Assembly (NCBI GenBank): GCA_013265495.1
Contig: MU058198.1
Location: 5,595,779 to 5,659,778 of the forward strand
Origin: Vicugna vicugna
Lineage: Eukaryota
Length of the DNA stretch: 64,000 nt
Direction: 5' to 3'
Shown here: one piece after another, positions 12,100 through 24,108 of the stretch
Layout: the number at the start of each line of letters is the position of its first letter
How positions within the stretch are numbered: position 1 is the first letter of the stretch
Made by a program: the position numbers and the translations under genes
The notes under the pieces: model-generated
Seen by the model: the letters and a program-made list of their open reading frames with translations, nothing else
Database searches by the model: none
What the model was told of the DNA's origin: nothing

Positions 12100-12360
12100 A
12101 AATTGCATCTTGATTGAATCCTTTTAATGCAAGAAACATTTGTTAAGTACCTACTATGCACCACAACTACTCCAGGCACTAGAGTTACAAAGATAAATCT
12201 CACAGTCACTGCCATCCATGGCTCACAATTTAGTGGAGGCGGCTGCCACAGAAATAAGGAATAGAATTACATCATCAAAGGCTCTGAGTTGTAGATCAAA
12301 GCACGGCATTATGGGCGCACAGAGGAAGAACAACGAACTCTCCCCAGAGAGATAAGAATC
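12100..12360 (-). mobile_element. L2 3' end fragment
   Basis: AAACATTTGTTAAGTACCTACTATGCACCA...CCAGGCACTAGAGTTACAAAGATAAAT. Confidence 0.7.
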
Positions 12361-12539
12361 AGTTCCCCATCATTCTTCAGGGTGAAAGATTGCTCAGCAA
12401 GCAGATAAGGGTACGAGATGTTCCGGCAAAAGACGGGAAGCTGAGAAAAATCACATTCAAGAGTGGGAGGAGGGAAGGTTCCAGAGAGGTGGGCCAGGGC
12501 CAGGGCAGAGCAGGCTTCATTCATGTGCTCTTTTTATGG

Positions 12540-13110
12540 ACATCTGTTGATTCACCTGCCATCCCTCCTTCTCCCCATACAGTGTTCCAGTTTGCCTGTG
12601 GGGCTCCACCCCTTCCATCTCCCAATCTGCTGAGGCTAACGGTACCCACTTCCATCATCAGCTTCAAGGGTTGATAGGTACCATGTGGGCCACCCTCATC
12701 CTGGTCACAGTGATAGTTTCAGGGATGGGCACATGGCCCAGTTCAGTCCTGGAGAAGTGAATCTTGGGATTTTTAATAGATGACTTGAGGGAAAGGCACT
12801 GTTAATTATATCTCAATAAAACTGGAATATTGTTTCAAAATACAAAATTTAAAATTCCAAAATGAAAGAAAAAAGACACTGTCTTTCAACTGTGGTTACA
12901 AGACTGATAGATTGAAAACCCAAAGTTTGCCAGCACCTGGGAAGAGCCTGCCTGAGAAGGAAGCTCATACAGAGAAAAAGAAAGCCAAGAAGGGGACAGA
13001 GAGGGAGCCTTAGTGACGTCACTTTGTGAACCAAAAAAATTCCCTTTTGCTTCAATTGGTTTGATTGTTTTTTAATTACTTACTGCTGTAAGAGTATTAG
13101 TGAACTGATA
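12540..13110 (+). mobile_element. MLT1 (ERVL-MaLR) solo LTR, MLT1J/K-like
   Basis: GGATGGGCACATGGCCCAGTTC and a 3' end TGTGAACCAAAAAAATTCCCTTTTGCTT...AACTGATACA. Confidence 0.75.
12803..12871 (+). mobile_element. Very short L1 3'-terminal insertion in the MLT1 LTR
   Basis: TAATTATATCTCAATAAAACTGG plus A-rich tail, between AAAGGCACTGT (12792-12802) and AAAGACACTGT (12872-12882). Confidence 0.78.
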
Positions 13111-13149
13111 CACCATTCCAGCATTTGAGGAGTTAAGCCTGTAGAGAAC

Positions 13150-13320
13150 AGAGCACATTATAGGTAAAGACGGCCCTTGGAATGACTTCAGATGGGGAAA
13201 CTGAGATCCAGGGGTGCTAAGGGGTTTAACCCAAATCACAGGTAAGTTAGTCACAGGGCCTGGAAAGATTTAGGTCTCGTGACTCTGGGGTAAGTGCTTT
13301 TTGCCTTACAGCACTGTGTC
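13150..13320 (-). mobile_element. MIR SINE
   Basis: CAGATGGGGAAACTGAG...CCCAAATCACAG antisense core. Confidence 0.8.
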
Positions 13321-14271
13321 CTGGAAGACTGATCATCACAACAATAACAAGAGTATAATGTGCCAGGCACCATATCAGCCCTTTATCTATGTTAATTCAT
13401 GGAAGTACTCCACAAGGTAGGACAAAGAGTCCTATAGAGAGGTAAGGAATTGGGGGAACATTTCCAACCATTTGAAATGGCTGAACCATCCCTCAGCTTC
13501 CTATCTGAAAGACCAAGCTGGGATAAAGGTCTAGGGGTAAATTCATGCTCGATTCAGGATGTGATGTTCTGGGGGTCTTTGAAGGAAGGAGACCTAAGGG
13601 TGATGCTGCTGTTCAGGTGACCGGAGTCTCACAACTCTATTAGAGACTTGGGATCACCTTTTGGGAATCAGAACACCCTCCCCGCCCACCCCGCCACGAG
13701 GAGTTTAGGAGTACAGGAAACGGAGCCCTTGGAGAAGACCAGCGCTCTCATCTACATGACTTGGGCTTGAGCCCAAGTTAAAGAAACAAAAGCAGATGTG
13801 TAGTTGAAGGTCTGGGACTAACGTGACCTTAGCCACTGCTACCACAGGGCCATGGGTAAGGTTAAGTGCTGCTGTCCTGGCTCAGCCCCGGGGTGGACTG
13901 GCCTGGCCACTGCAGGGAGCCCCACACACCCAGCTCGGATGCTGACCAGGCTGCCTGCCCTTTGCCAGCAGCTTCTTCTTGATTAAACTTTCACAGGTGT
14001 ATCATACCAACCCATGTAGCTTTGTGTCCCACCCTGCCCCCTACCCCTTGACTGAAAACGTATTTTAAACTCCCATTTTGACACTTCAATATTCTCCTTC
14101 AGATAGGCCTTAGATATTTGCCCACTTGTCCTGTGATGGCAAATAAGTGCATCTCCTATAAATTTTGAAAGAGTGGCAGAATCAATGAATGTGTAAATGA
14201 ACCTCCATGGTGTTTACCAGAGGCCTGATACATAGTAAATCTGCAGAGTGTTTGTCATCTTGAATGACTAC

Positions 14272-14380
14272 TAGATAGAGTGGGTGGATGGATGGAATGG
14301 AAAGATGGATAAATGGAAGGATGGATGGATGGATAAGTAGCAGGGTGGAGAGATGGATGGATATGTATGGACAGATGAAA
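14272..14380 (+). repeat. Degenerate (TGGA)n simple repeat
   Basis: GGATGGATGGAATGGAAAGATGGAT... seen directly. Confidence 0.9.
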
Positions 14381-14409
14381 GACAACAATCCTTGGCCATT
14401 GTTTTACTC

Positions 14410-15100
14410 ATTAAGATGTCTGGCATAGTGTACCTTTTTTTACTTCTAAGAAATACAATCTATCCTATGGAGTTTATAAACCAGCAAGAAATAGAGAGAG
14501 AGAGATGAAATAAAAAATTATCCCAATACATAATTAATTTCAACTATATAAGTGCTAAAGGAACTTCAAGGTGCAAGGGGGACACACAGTAGCTGGGAAA
14601 TCAGGTAAGACCTCCCTAAGGCTATGTCAGTAAGCCAAGATCTAAAGTACAACTAGCAGCTGGCCTGGGAAAGGGGGACCAGCTGACGTGCTGGGGATGT
14701 CAGGTGGGAATTTTTAGGCAAGACTAGTTCAGGCTGAAGAGCTGCCAGGTGCACAAGTCCAGAAGCGTGAAAGATCATGGCTCCATACGGACTAAATGGA
14801 AGAAGAGCAACATAGCCAGAGCAGAGTGAACAAAGCTTAAGTGTCAAGGGAAGACACTGGAAAGGGAAGTAGAATGCTAGGTCATGAAGAAATTTTCACG
14901 TCAGATTAAGGATTTGGTACTTCTCCTGCCTATGATGACGTGCAAATAAGGGGTGTAGCATGATCAGACCACAAGCGTGCCACCTGGAACAGTAATGAAG
15001 TTGGAAGAACCAGGTACACTGAGATGCCATTCACTGCCTCTGCCAAGATGAGCAAAGAAAGTAGGTCCCCTTGACCATTTTCCTGCCCTATTTTCATCAG
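14410..15100 (-). mobile_element. L2 fragment
   Basis: Purine-rich antisense L2 motifs such as TAAGGATTTGGTACTT and GAGATGCCATTCACTG. Confidence 0.55.
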
Positions 15101-15369
15101 CCTCCCAAGTATGGACGTTTGGCCAAGATGTGGCCATTGATGCAATCTCAGTCCTCCCTTTTAGTAAGTAAATGGCCGTCCTTATGTTTGCAAGAGCCTT
15201 GCTCCCATTTTCCTCAACATCCACCAAGGCACAGGGATCTGTCGGAATTATCAGCAATGCCATGGAAAAGTACCATCCTGTTTGTTCCATCCAGCAGGCT
15301 TCTACCGAGCCCTGTGGAGGAGATTGCTGAGTGTCTTTAAGGCTTTGAGAACTGAGCTGTCCTCCCCAT

Positions 15370-15555
15370 AGTAGCAGCTAGTTTATTGAGCGCTTACCTG
15401 ATGCTTGAAACTTGCTGAAAGTTTTACATGCATTATCTCATTTAATCCTCCCAACATCCCTATGACAACATTTGACATGATGCCCACTTTAGTGATGAGG
15501 AAACTGTAACTGAGAAATGCCATGTCATCGATGCATAGCCACACAGTAAGTGGTT
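15370..15555 (-). mobile_element. MIR SINE
   Basis: TTTATTGAGCGCTTAC...TTTTACATGCATTATCTCATTTAATCCTC...GATGAGGAAACTG. Confidence 0.88.
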
Positions 15556-15659
15556 TATCCACGTCTATCTCTGGAATTACTATTTCAAGAGATGAGAAAT
15601 CTCATCAATGTTTGTGCCAACTTGGATCATTTTTTCCATTACTTGGAGCTGAAGCATTT

Positions 15660-17125
15660 TACTGATACTTCTCAAATTTCTATCTCTGGCTCAGAACTGT
15701 CCCCTGAGTTCCAGACTCTCCATATTGGATCATTCCCATCAGCATAAAACAGGTTGAAATAGCTCCTGTGTTAACAGAAACTACCTAGAGTGCAGTTCTC
15801 AGCTTCCCGCAGGAAAACTCCTTAAAAGTGATGTCTGTGCTCATTGTCTCTACCTCCAAGTTCATTCTCATCTACTTCCGGTCCAGTCATCTCAAGCTTC
15901 TCCCACCTGTCCATCTTGCCATATCTTCTGATCACTGTTGAGCAAGATTTGACTCCATTGGACACTCCCACCTTCTTAAAATACTCCTTTCATAAGCATC
16001 CAGGACATCAATCTCCTGCTTCTCCTCCTGCTTCTCAAAGCCTCCCCATCTTTATCTCCCTTGCTGGCTTTGCCTCCTCCTTCCTAACGGTACCTACTAG
16101 TAAGTCCAGGGTTTGCTTTTCAGACTGCTCCTCCAGCTACCCTCACTCCCAAGGTGACCTCACCAAGCCCTCAGTCTTTACATTTTATCTACAAGCTGGT
16201 GATTCTAACTTTTATGGTGAGGTCCAGACATCTGCATACAATTGCCTGCTTATCTCCGCGGATGCTTCACTCTTAACATAACCAAAGGGGAACTTGATTT
16301 TGATTCCCCAAACACACTCCTGCTCCTCTGGCAGGTTGCCTCATCTCAGCAAATGGCCCCTTCACTCTGTGGTTCAGGCAAAAAAGCCAAGACCGAGCCT
16401 TGACCTCGCTCTTTTTTCCATATCCCATGTGCAAGTCCTGTTGGCTCCACAGGTAAATTTCATTCTGAATCTGCCTGCCTCCCATCACCTCCATGGCTGC
16501 TTCTAAATTGTCGGCAACAGCTTCCTAATCAGAATCCCTCCATCCACTCCCTACTGTGAGGTCTCCAGCCAGCAGCCAGAGCAACCTTCTAAAGAGGTAA
16601 GAGATACTAATCCTATCACCTTTCACTCAAAAACATCCATGACTGCTCATCCCACTAAAGAACAAAGCCCATGGCCAAGGCGCTCGCTCCGTGTCCTGGT
16701 CTCTGCCCACCCCTACAGCCCCCGCCCACCTCACTCCCACTCTGCCACGAGGGCCTTCCTGCTGTCCCCCAAGCACGCCAAGCCATTTCCACCTCAGTTT
16801 CTTTGCCTGGGATGCTCCTTCCCCAGATGCTGGCAGGTCTGGCTCCCTCCCTTCATTAAAGCCTCAACTCAAACGTCACCCCCTTAAAGGCAGCGTAGCC
16901 AGCCCCAGCCCACCCCCTCAGTCTCTGCCTTAGTTTTCTTCCTAGCACTTATTACCACCTGACATTGTGTTCAAATTCACTGGTTTATTCTCTGTCTCTG
17001 CCGCTGGAGTGGGCGTTTCGTGAGGCAGAGACTCTGTCTAACGGAAGCCTTGTTACCTACAACAGACTGGGCACACGGCACACGTTCTACAACACTGATT
17101 AAATAAATGAATGAACGCATGAATA
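15660..17125 (+). mobile_element. L2 LINE, ~1.4 kb 3' portion
   Basis: CCCCTGAGTTCCAGACTC, CTCAAACGTCACC, TTTCTTCCTAGCACTTATTACCACCTGACA; ends AATAAATGAATGAA. Confidence 0.85.
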
Positions 17126-17172
17126 TCCAACTTGCAACTAAGAATCCTTACCCTTAGAACACCTATCCCACA

Positions 17173-17680
17173 TGTAACCCAGACCTAGTGTGTCCCAAAA
17201 TAAGCCCTTCAGTCCACCACATCAGTGCTCTGCCCACATCCCCCAGGTCCCTTCCCGGTTGTTCTGGGCGTGCCACCCTCCTGCGGCATCCACTCCCAAC
17301 AGCCAGCACCTGCACTGCTTGGTCGGAGGGCCGCACACAGGCTGCAGAAGAGACTTTTCCTGTATGTGCGCAGGGCCAGAAATGCGCAAGGGTTGATGTC
17401 CCCACCGGGGGCATTCTTTAACCAGTGATTGACGGGTGCAGGGGTATAAATACTCCAAGTCCCGCGCCCATGGCAGGGACCCTCTGAGAGTGAGCCACAC
17501 GGTAGGTCTGAGCCACTATTACCCTGCACTTTGCTCTTATCACACTACTGCTTGGTCTCCTTCCCTTCCCTGTCCTGCGTTCCCACTTCCCTACCAATTT
17601 TTCCCCAGGATCACTTCCTAATAAAACACTTTGCATGACTCTTCCTCCCAGAAGCAGCCTCTGCTTCCCAAACCTGATCC
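17173..17680 (+). mobile_element. LTR16-like ERVL solo LTR
   Basis: Begins TGTAAC; TATAAATA at 17445-17452; AATAAA at 17620-17625; 3' motif AATAAAACACTTTGCA...CTCTGCTTC. Confidence 0.8.
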
Positions 17681-17708
17681 TCCTGTCTCCCCACCTCAGG
17701 GATGATAC

Positions 17709-18328
17709 TGATACAGGAAAACGTGGGGCATGATAGGATGGTCGTGTCCCAGGTCTCAATCGAGTCCCCAGGATGCGCCCGCCAAGTGAGAGTCCTTGGC
17801 TTCACTCAGGAAGGAATTCAAGAGCGAGCCATAGTTGAGTAAAAGTAGATTTATTCAGAGAGACATACACTCCATAGACAGAGTGCAGGCCGTCTCAGAA
17901 GGCCAGACAGAGGCCTAGGAGATACACATTCCACAGGGAGACTGTGGGCCTTCGCACTCAGAAGGGAGAGTGGTGGCTTCAGAGCATGAGGTCTGCTAGG
18001 AAAAGTGAGATGGCCAGGGAGCGTAGGGGCTGTAAGTTTTTATGGGGTCGGTAACCTCACGTGCTAACAAGTGGGAGGATCATTGCAGCTACTCTGGGAA
18101 AGGGGCCGGGATTCCCAGGAGCTGGGCCACCACCCACTTTTTGACCTTTTGTGGTCAGGCTGGGAACTGTCATGGTGCCTACAGGAGTGCCATTCAGTAG
18201 CTATTGTATTTCAATGAGCCTATATGGAAGTTCAAGGTCTACTGGGAGTTGAATCTTCCACCAACTTGGTGCTAATTGCTGTGTTATTTTTTTAATGGTT
18301 GTGCCCTGCCCTCTTCGCTCCTGTCTCA
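17709..18328 (-). mobile_element. Complete ERV1 solo LTR, MER41-like, 620 bp
   Basis: TG...CA ends with inverted termini TGATACAGGA / TCCTGTCTCA; 4-bp TSD ATAC at 17705-17708 and 18329-18332; antisense poly(A) signal near 17850; MER41-like GAATTCAAGAGCGAGCCATAG motif. Confidence 0.88.
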
Positions 18329-19459
18329 ATACCTCTGCATATTCAGTGATCCAAGCAGAGACCAGAGCCACCCTACCCTCCTTCTCTATCTAACCCCACC
18401 CATCAGGCCCCCTTGTCTTGACCACCACCAGTTTTCATCCACTTTCCTCCATCCCTGCTCCCACTGCCTCCTTCCAGCTGGCCCCAAACGTTTTCCTGGC
18501 TTATTGAAGCCTGATGGTCACAGCAATGTAAATATTCTGCAGACCCCTCTTTCTCATCTTGCTAACCAGCGCAATCACAACAGAGCCCTTAAATCAGCCA
18601 CAAGATCATGCCCACGAGATGACCTCCACCCTCCTTCCTTCCGAGACTTAACACCAAAGAGTCTACTTACAGGTCATTCCAGCTTACTGTCATTTGTATT
18701 TTATTATAGATTCCTCCTTCACTCAAGGAGAGCTGATCAGCTATCTACACTAGCCAGGCACTGTGCTAGACATGGGCAATATGGTGGTAGAAGGCACAGC
18801 TCTAAACTTCGGAAAAGCTCACTGTTTGGGGGAAGAGTGCAGACATGCCAATTATTTCAATACAATGGTTCAAGTGTCCCTTGGGCTAACTCTGGAGATT
18901 CCACGTGGACCTGAACTATTTCATCTCCATCTTTAAATCCCTAGCCCAGTGCCTAACACACAGTAGGCTAGTAGTAAATGAATGGATTTTGCCCGGTAAG
19001 TCAAGCGGAAGTATTTATAGAAGAGACATTTCTGCTGAGCTTTGAAAAATGAGAAAGGAGAAAAAGAGCTTGCCAGGCAGATGTCAGAGTATGTCAAAGA
19101 CATGGGGAAATGAAAGAATAAGGCGTTTTAAGGAAAAAGAAAATTGCACAGAATATCTGGAGAATCGCACGCATAATGAAGAATAGCTGAGATGGGTTAA
19201 AACCAATAGTGAAGGAAAATGAATACAAGGTATGGATCTGGACTGGATCTTAAGGCAAGATGGAGCCGTGGGAAGGTTTTGAGCTCTGCCACTGGGTAGG
19301 AACCCAGGGAAGCAAGATACCAGTCTCCAGTCATATCAATGACTCTTGAAAGCTCCAACGGTTGTTCATGATCTTTTAGCCAAAATAGCTGTCCCCTAAT
19401 TATACGTAGGCACGGTTCTGATGATGCTCAATCTTGTATCCTTAAGAATCCACCACGTG

Positions 19460-19615
19460 ATGGGATGTAGCTCTGTGGTAGAGTACACGCCTAGCATGCA
19501 TGAGGTCCTGGGTTCAATTCCCAGTACCTCTACTAAAATAAATAAGTAAGTAAATAAATAAATAAATAAATAAACAAACAAACAAACAACCTAATTACAC
19601 CCCCCCAAAACAAAC
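19460..19615 (+). mobile_element. tRNA-derived camelid-type SINE (Vic-1-like)
   Basis: TAGCTCTGTGGTAGAG A-box, GGTTCAATTCC B-box, (TAAA)n, ACCTAATTACA tail; TSD AAGAATCCACCACGTG (19444-19459) / AAAAATCCACTACATG (19616-19631). Confidence 0.93.
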
Positions 19616-19757
19616 AAAAATCCACTACATGAAGCTGTCACCAAGGTTGGTGATCACAAAGTGGATCATTATTTGGCCAACTTTCTCCTCCAGATGGACA
19701 GGATATGGGTTGTGCTATCAGATCAGACCAGATCACAGTCCTCAGCATTAGGAGAGG

Positions 19758-20032
19758 CGTGTGCTTGTGTGTGAATGCATTTATGTACGCGTGTGACTGT
19801 GTACTTGGGTCTGGGTGTGAGTCCAAGAATGGGTTTGGGGTGTCTGAGTGCATATGCATACAAATTTGCATTTGCCTGGGTGTGTTGCCCTTTTGAATGT
19901 GTGTGTGCTTGTGCACAGATGTTTAGCACAGGTCCGATGGCTTGTGGGCATGCACATGTATGTATACATTTATGCTCGCGTGTGCATGTGCCCACGTGGA
20001 GGCGTGCCTATATGTGCGGGTCTCCACATGTG
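19758..20032 (+). repeat. Degenerate TG/CA-rich simple repeat
   Basis: Interrupted alternating purine-pyrimidine tract (GTGTGC, ATGCAT, GTGTGT). Confidence 0.8.
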
Positions 20033-20659
20033 GTGAGCCCATTTTCGACCTGGCGCGTTTTCTTGGTGAGGTGCCCAGAGCCTGCCTTATCCCCACCCTT
20101 TCCTGCTGCCTGGGTCCCCTCCGCTCATTAATGCAGTCTTCACTGGTTACGCCTGTGGCAACGGGCCTCTGTAGAGAGTGTTAAATATTGCAACTGTTTA
20201 TTGCTTAATATTTTTCACGCTAATGGCAGGCTAATTCACAGGGATTCTGAGCACTGGATAAAACACCTTCTGCTGACTGCTCATTCCCTGCCAAGAAAGG
20301 ACCTGACAACCAGCAGCCCCTGCCCAGCGCCACTTTGACTTGGTACGTGGCCGACACTGCCCTCCCCCCAATTTGGTCGCCGCTGAATAAATCTGCAGCC
20401 GAGATGCGTGCACGGAAAACAGCAATATTTGCCTTTCCCTGCTGAGTGGGTGGTGGGAAAAGGGAAGGTGGGGTTACCCCTGGTCAGACCAGTGTACTCA
20501 GCCCTGGAGAAACCAGCTCTAGGAGGGGAAAAGGGAGGTGGTATCAGAAAAGTACCTGGAAAGGACCGAGCTCAAACCATGTCCATGTTTGGACTGGCCA
20601 TCATCCAGTAGTGTGGCCATGGCAAAAGCCTGTTTGATGCCCCTGACGGCCACCGTTTA

Positions 20660-20900
20660 CTCCCTGCACATTGGCTATTTGCTGGCAGTGCCCCAAGCTT
20701 TGCACAAGAATTTTCTCATTTATCCTCAACGATCACTCTTTTAGGCAAGTAGTCATGTCTCCATTTCACTGATAAAGAACCTGGAGTTCAGAAGGTTCAA
20801 TGACACTGGCATTTAGAGCCAATCAGCTGGTGAGTGACAAAATCAGGAGCCAAGCCCTCGGCATGGTGACTCTGCATTCTCAGCACATCATTAATGTTCT
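20660..20900 (-). mobile_element. MIR SINE
   Basis: CTCATTTATCCTCAAC...CCATTTCACTGATAAAGAACCTGGAGTTCAGA. Confidence 0.7.
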
Positions 20901-20905
20901 GCACT

Positions 20906-21190
20906 GCAGAGATGGCTGATCTGAGCCCAAACGGATCCCACCGATGCGTGTCGTTTGGCTCACAAAGTGGTTTGTTTTTTTAACTTTTCATGAATGGCCA
21001 GTATTTGTCAATTGGAAGATCACTTATAAAAATCAAAAGTCTCAATCTTTCTTTAAAAATTGAATTCTCTGGTGACCCTGAGCTCACATTCCTGGTTGGT
21101 ACCTATTGGCTGGAGCCATTTCAGTTGCCTTTTCTAGATGGTGCACGTGTACCCCCATTTGCCACACTCCTCACCACCCCAGTTATCATA
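20906..21190 (+). mobile_element. Old hAT-like DNA transposon relic (family uncertain)
   Basis: Begins CAGAGATGGC; shares motifs with copies at ~22090, ~27490, ~42470 and ~45520. Confidence 0.5.
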
Positions 21191-21582
21191 CACTCAGCTC
21201 TCTTTACTCATTTATGTTACTGATCCGACACCTGCCCAACTTTTTAGATCCTTTTTTGCTGAGGAAATCTGTTTTTTTCCAGGAAGGAGGGGAATCTTAG
21301 AAATGATTTCCATAGGTTCATATTGTTGGGAATCTGCTTACAGACTATTCTGTGGTCAGGCCAACATTTCCAACAAGACAGGCAGTACAGACCAGAGAGG
21401 CAGAGCAGCGGTGAGGAGAGGAACAACTTAGGTGGATAATAAGCGTGTATACACATACATATGTGTGGCTTACAATTTTTCCTGCATTCAACATTAAAAG
21501 CATATAATTAAGTCTCATGTCAGTGTAGAGATGTTCTAAGGACTCAGGTCATCTAGTGATTAAAAGGAAGAAAAAATGGTGT

Positions 21583-21712
21583 GGGGAGAGTTTAGCTCAG
21601 TGGTAGAGCATGTGCTTAGCACGCATGACGTCCTGGGTTCAATCCCCTATACCTCCACCAAAAGTAATAAATAGATAAACCTAATCACCTCCTCCCCTAA
21701 AAAAACAAAATG
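21583..21712 (+). mobile_element. tRNA-derived camelid-type SINE (Vic-1-like)
   Basis: GGGGAGAGTTTAGCTCAGTGGTAGAGCATGTGCTTAGCACGCATGACGTCCTGGGTTCAATCCCC and an ACCTAATCACCTCC tail; degenerate TSD AAAGGAAGAAAAAATGG / AAATGAAGGAAACATGG. Confidence 0.93.
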
Positions 21713-22319
21713 AAATGAAGGAAACATGGCTAACACTTGGGTACACTGAAAAGCAGCATCGTGAGAATTCTCGACAACCTTTCACTCTGAAAACTGGTAC
21801 TGAGCCCTTTGGGGAAATCAACAGGCCCTGTGTGGCCCCAAGAAGGGGGGGTTGGTCAGGAAACTGCACTCATGGCATGCTCCTCTCTCAGTCAAGGCCA
21901 AAAACAAAATCACGTCATGGCAAAATGATGGATTTCCTGAATGAACATCCTGGGAAAACGGAAGTGCCTCTGGGGCCATAAAGCCTCTGAGAGTACGAGC
22001 ACCTCCCAGGGCCTGCGGCTGGAGGATGGGAGACCCACACGCCCACAGAGCCTGACGGTGATGGCAGGAGCCACTCCTCAGCCCAGCAATTGCTGCCGTG
22101 CAGAAATGAGGTCCAGGGATGCCAGCCTCCCTCCAGCTTCTCCAGAGAAGCCGGAAATCTGCATTGTATATGAAATCCCCAAATTGCTAAATGCTAACAA
22201 ACAAAGTATCTTTGGGGAGTATCTTTGATCTGGAAGAAAATAATAATAGTTCCCAACTATATGCTGGGCATGAGCGAAGCATGTAGCACCTGCTAATTTA
22301 AATAACTCCCACTGTGCAG

Positions 22320-22620
22320 CCCTTAAAAGGTACCAGGCCTGCTTCTAAGTGCTTCAAGCATATCAACTCACTCAATCCCCCTAATTACCTTAAGCAAAAG
22401 GCACGATTATTGGCATTCCCCTTTGACAGAGTGGGAAACTGAGGGATGGGGAGGTTCAGCCACAAAGCGAGCAAGGGGCAGAGATGGGATTTGAACCCAA
22501 GAGCTCTGGGTCCTAGTGCTGGCTCTCAGTCACTCCACTGCACTGCCCCTGTGAATTTTCCCAACACTTACTACCATGCCCATTTCACAGAAGAAGAAAC
22601 TGAGGCCAGCGAGGAACAGC
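22320..22620 (-). mobile_element. MIR SINE (two pieces)
   Basis: GACAGAGTGGGAAACTGAGG, GGGATTTGAACCCA and CCCATTTCACAGAAGAAGAAACTGAGGC. Confidence 0.85.
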
Positions 22621-23516
22621 CACTCACCGAGTTCACAGGGGGTCTGTCTGACACCGGTGCTGGGGTCTTTCTGAAGAAACCTCAGAGTCCTTGCACAAGG
22701 CAAGGAGGGCTGGGGGGGCATTAGACAGGACTGAAGGAAATGTTTTTAAGAGCCCAAATGTCATCTTTTTTATCTAAGAAGAAAAAGGCTACTCTAGCTG
22801 TCAGACCATAAGCTGCAACCTTTATGTTTACCAAGCAAAAAGGGCAATTAAATGAGACAAAATAAATCTTCTCGGGCCTCTGTCAGTGGGCCTCGCAGGT
22901 CTGCAGTCCGAGGGCTGATTGACAGGACACATTACATTCTGGAGCAGACTCAGCCTCTGACATTTCTTTGATGCAGCACTGAAGCGTGAGGGCCAGTTTC
23001 TTAAAGTGCCCCTGCCCCTTTCCAGGCTGCAGGGATCTCTCCAGGCAGAGGCATGGAGGAAAGAGCAGGTGCGTGGTATGTCTGGAGGAAGCCAGAATCA
23101 CAGCTTGCAAAAGATTCCCATGCCTCGTGTGGCCACAGATAGCTGCCAGACCACAGGGTCACACACGCAAAGATGGTGGACACCTCATCACCAATCATCC
23201 TCATGATTGGTCAGGTAGCGGACAGGATCCTTGAAGATCAGTGGACATCCCCAAGTTCCTTGACACCAGAACCTTGACACCAAGATCCCAGAATGTGAGA
23301 TAATCTCAGGGACCTCCTTTAGAGGATCCCCCTCAAATGGTTGGGACTAATGTTGAAATGAGAGGGCTCAAATTCAGAAATTAAGCTGAGTTATACAAAG
23401 AAGTTATATTTTTTTCCTGCACATTTGAATTTGGGTTGACATTCATACCTGCTGTGTAATCAGATTCCTCCTATGGCTTCCCATTGCCCCAGAACATCAA
23501 ATCTCTTAGACATCTT

Positions 23517-24094
23517 TCTTTAAAATTGAAGTGTAGGCAGTTTACAATGTTGTGTTAATTTCTGGTGTACAGCATAGTAATTCAGCTATACATATGTGTA
23601 TGTATGTACGTGTATATATATATATATTTATATATATATATATATTCCTTTTTGTATTCTTTTTCATTATATGCTATTATCAGTAAGGTATTGAATATAG
23701 TTCCCAGTGCTATTCAGTAGGACCTTGCTGTTTGGTTATTTTTATATATAGTAGTTAGTATCTGCAAATCCCACACTCTCAATTTATTCCTCCACCCTGC
23801 TCCCTTCCTCTGATAACTACAAGTCTGTTGTCTGTATCTGTGAGTCTGTTTCTGTTTTGTAAATAAGTTCATTTGTGTCTTTTTTTTAGATTCCACATAT
23901 AAGTGATATCACATGGTATTTTTCTTTCTCTTTCTGGCTTACTTAGTTTGACAATCTCCAGGTCCATCCATGTTGCTGCAAATGGCATTATTTTATTCTT
24001 TTTTATGGCTGAGTAGTATTTCACTATATACATATACTGCAACTTCTCTACCTAGTCATTTGTCCAGGGACATTTAGGTTGCTTCCATGTCTTA
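23517..24094 (-). mobile_element. Young 5'-truncated cetartiodactyl-type L1 3' end inserted in an L2
   Basis: TTGAATATAGTTCCCAGTGCTATTCAGTAGGACCTTG and CCATCCATGTTGCTGCAAATGGC; 14-bp TSD CTCTTAGACATCTT (23503-23516) / CTCTTAGCCATCTT (24095-24108). Confidence 0.95.
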
Positions 24095-24108
24095 CTCTTA
24101 GCCATCTT

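Noticed and set aside
11712..12215. 167-aa minus-strand ORF
   Set aside because: Its start lies in an L2 fragment, it has no recognisable domain, and there is no exon structure.
18276..18914. 212-aa ORF, the longest in the window
   Set aside because: Non-ATG start inside the LTR end, runs through unique and L2-like DNA, and resembles no protein I recognise.
19758..20032. His/Thr- and Cys/Val-rich ORFs
   Set aside because: Translations of a degenerate TG/CA simple repeat.
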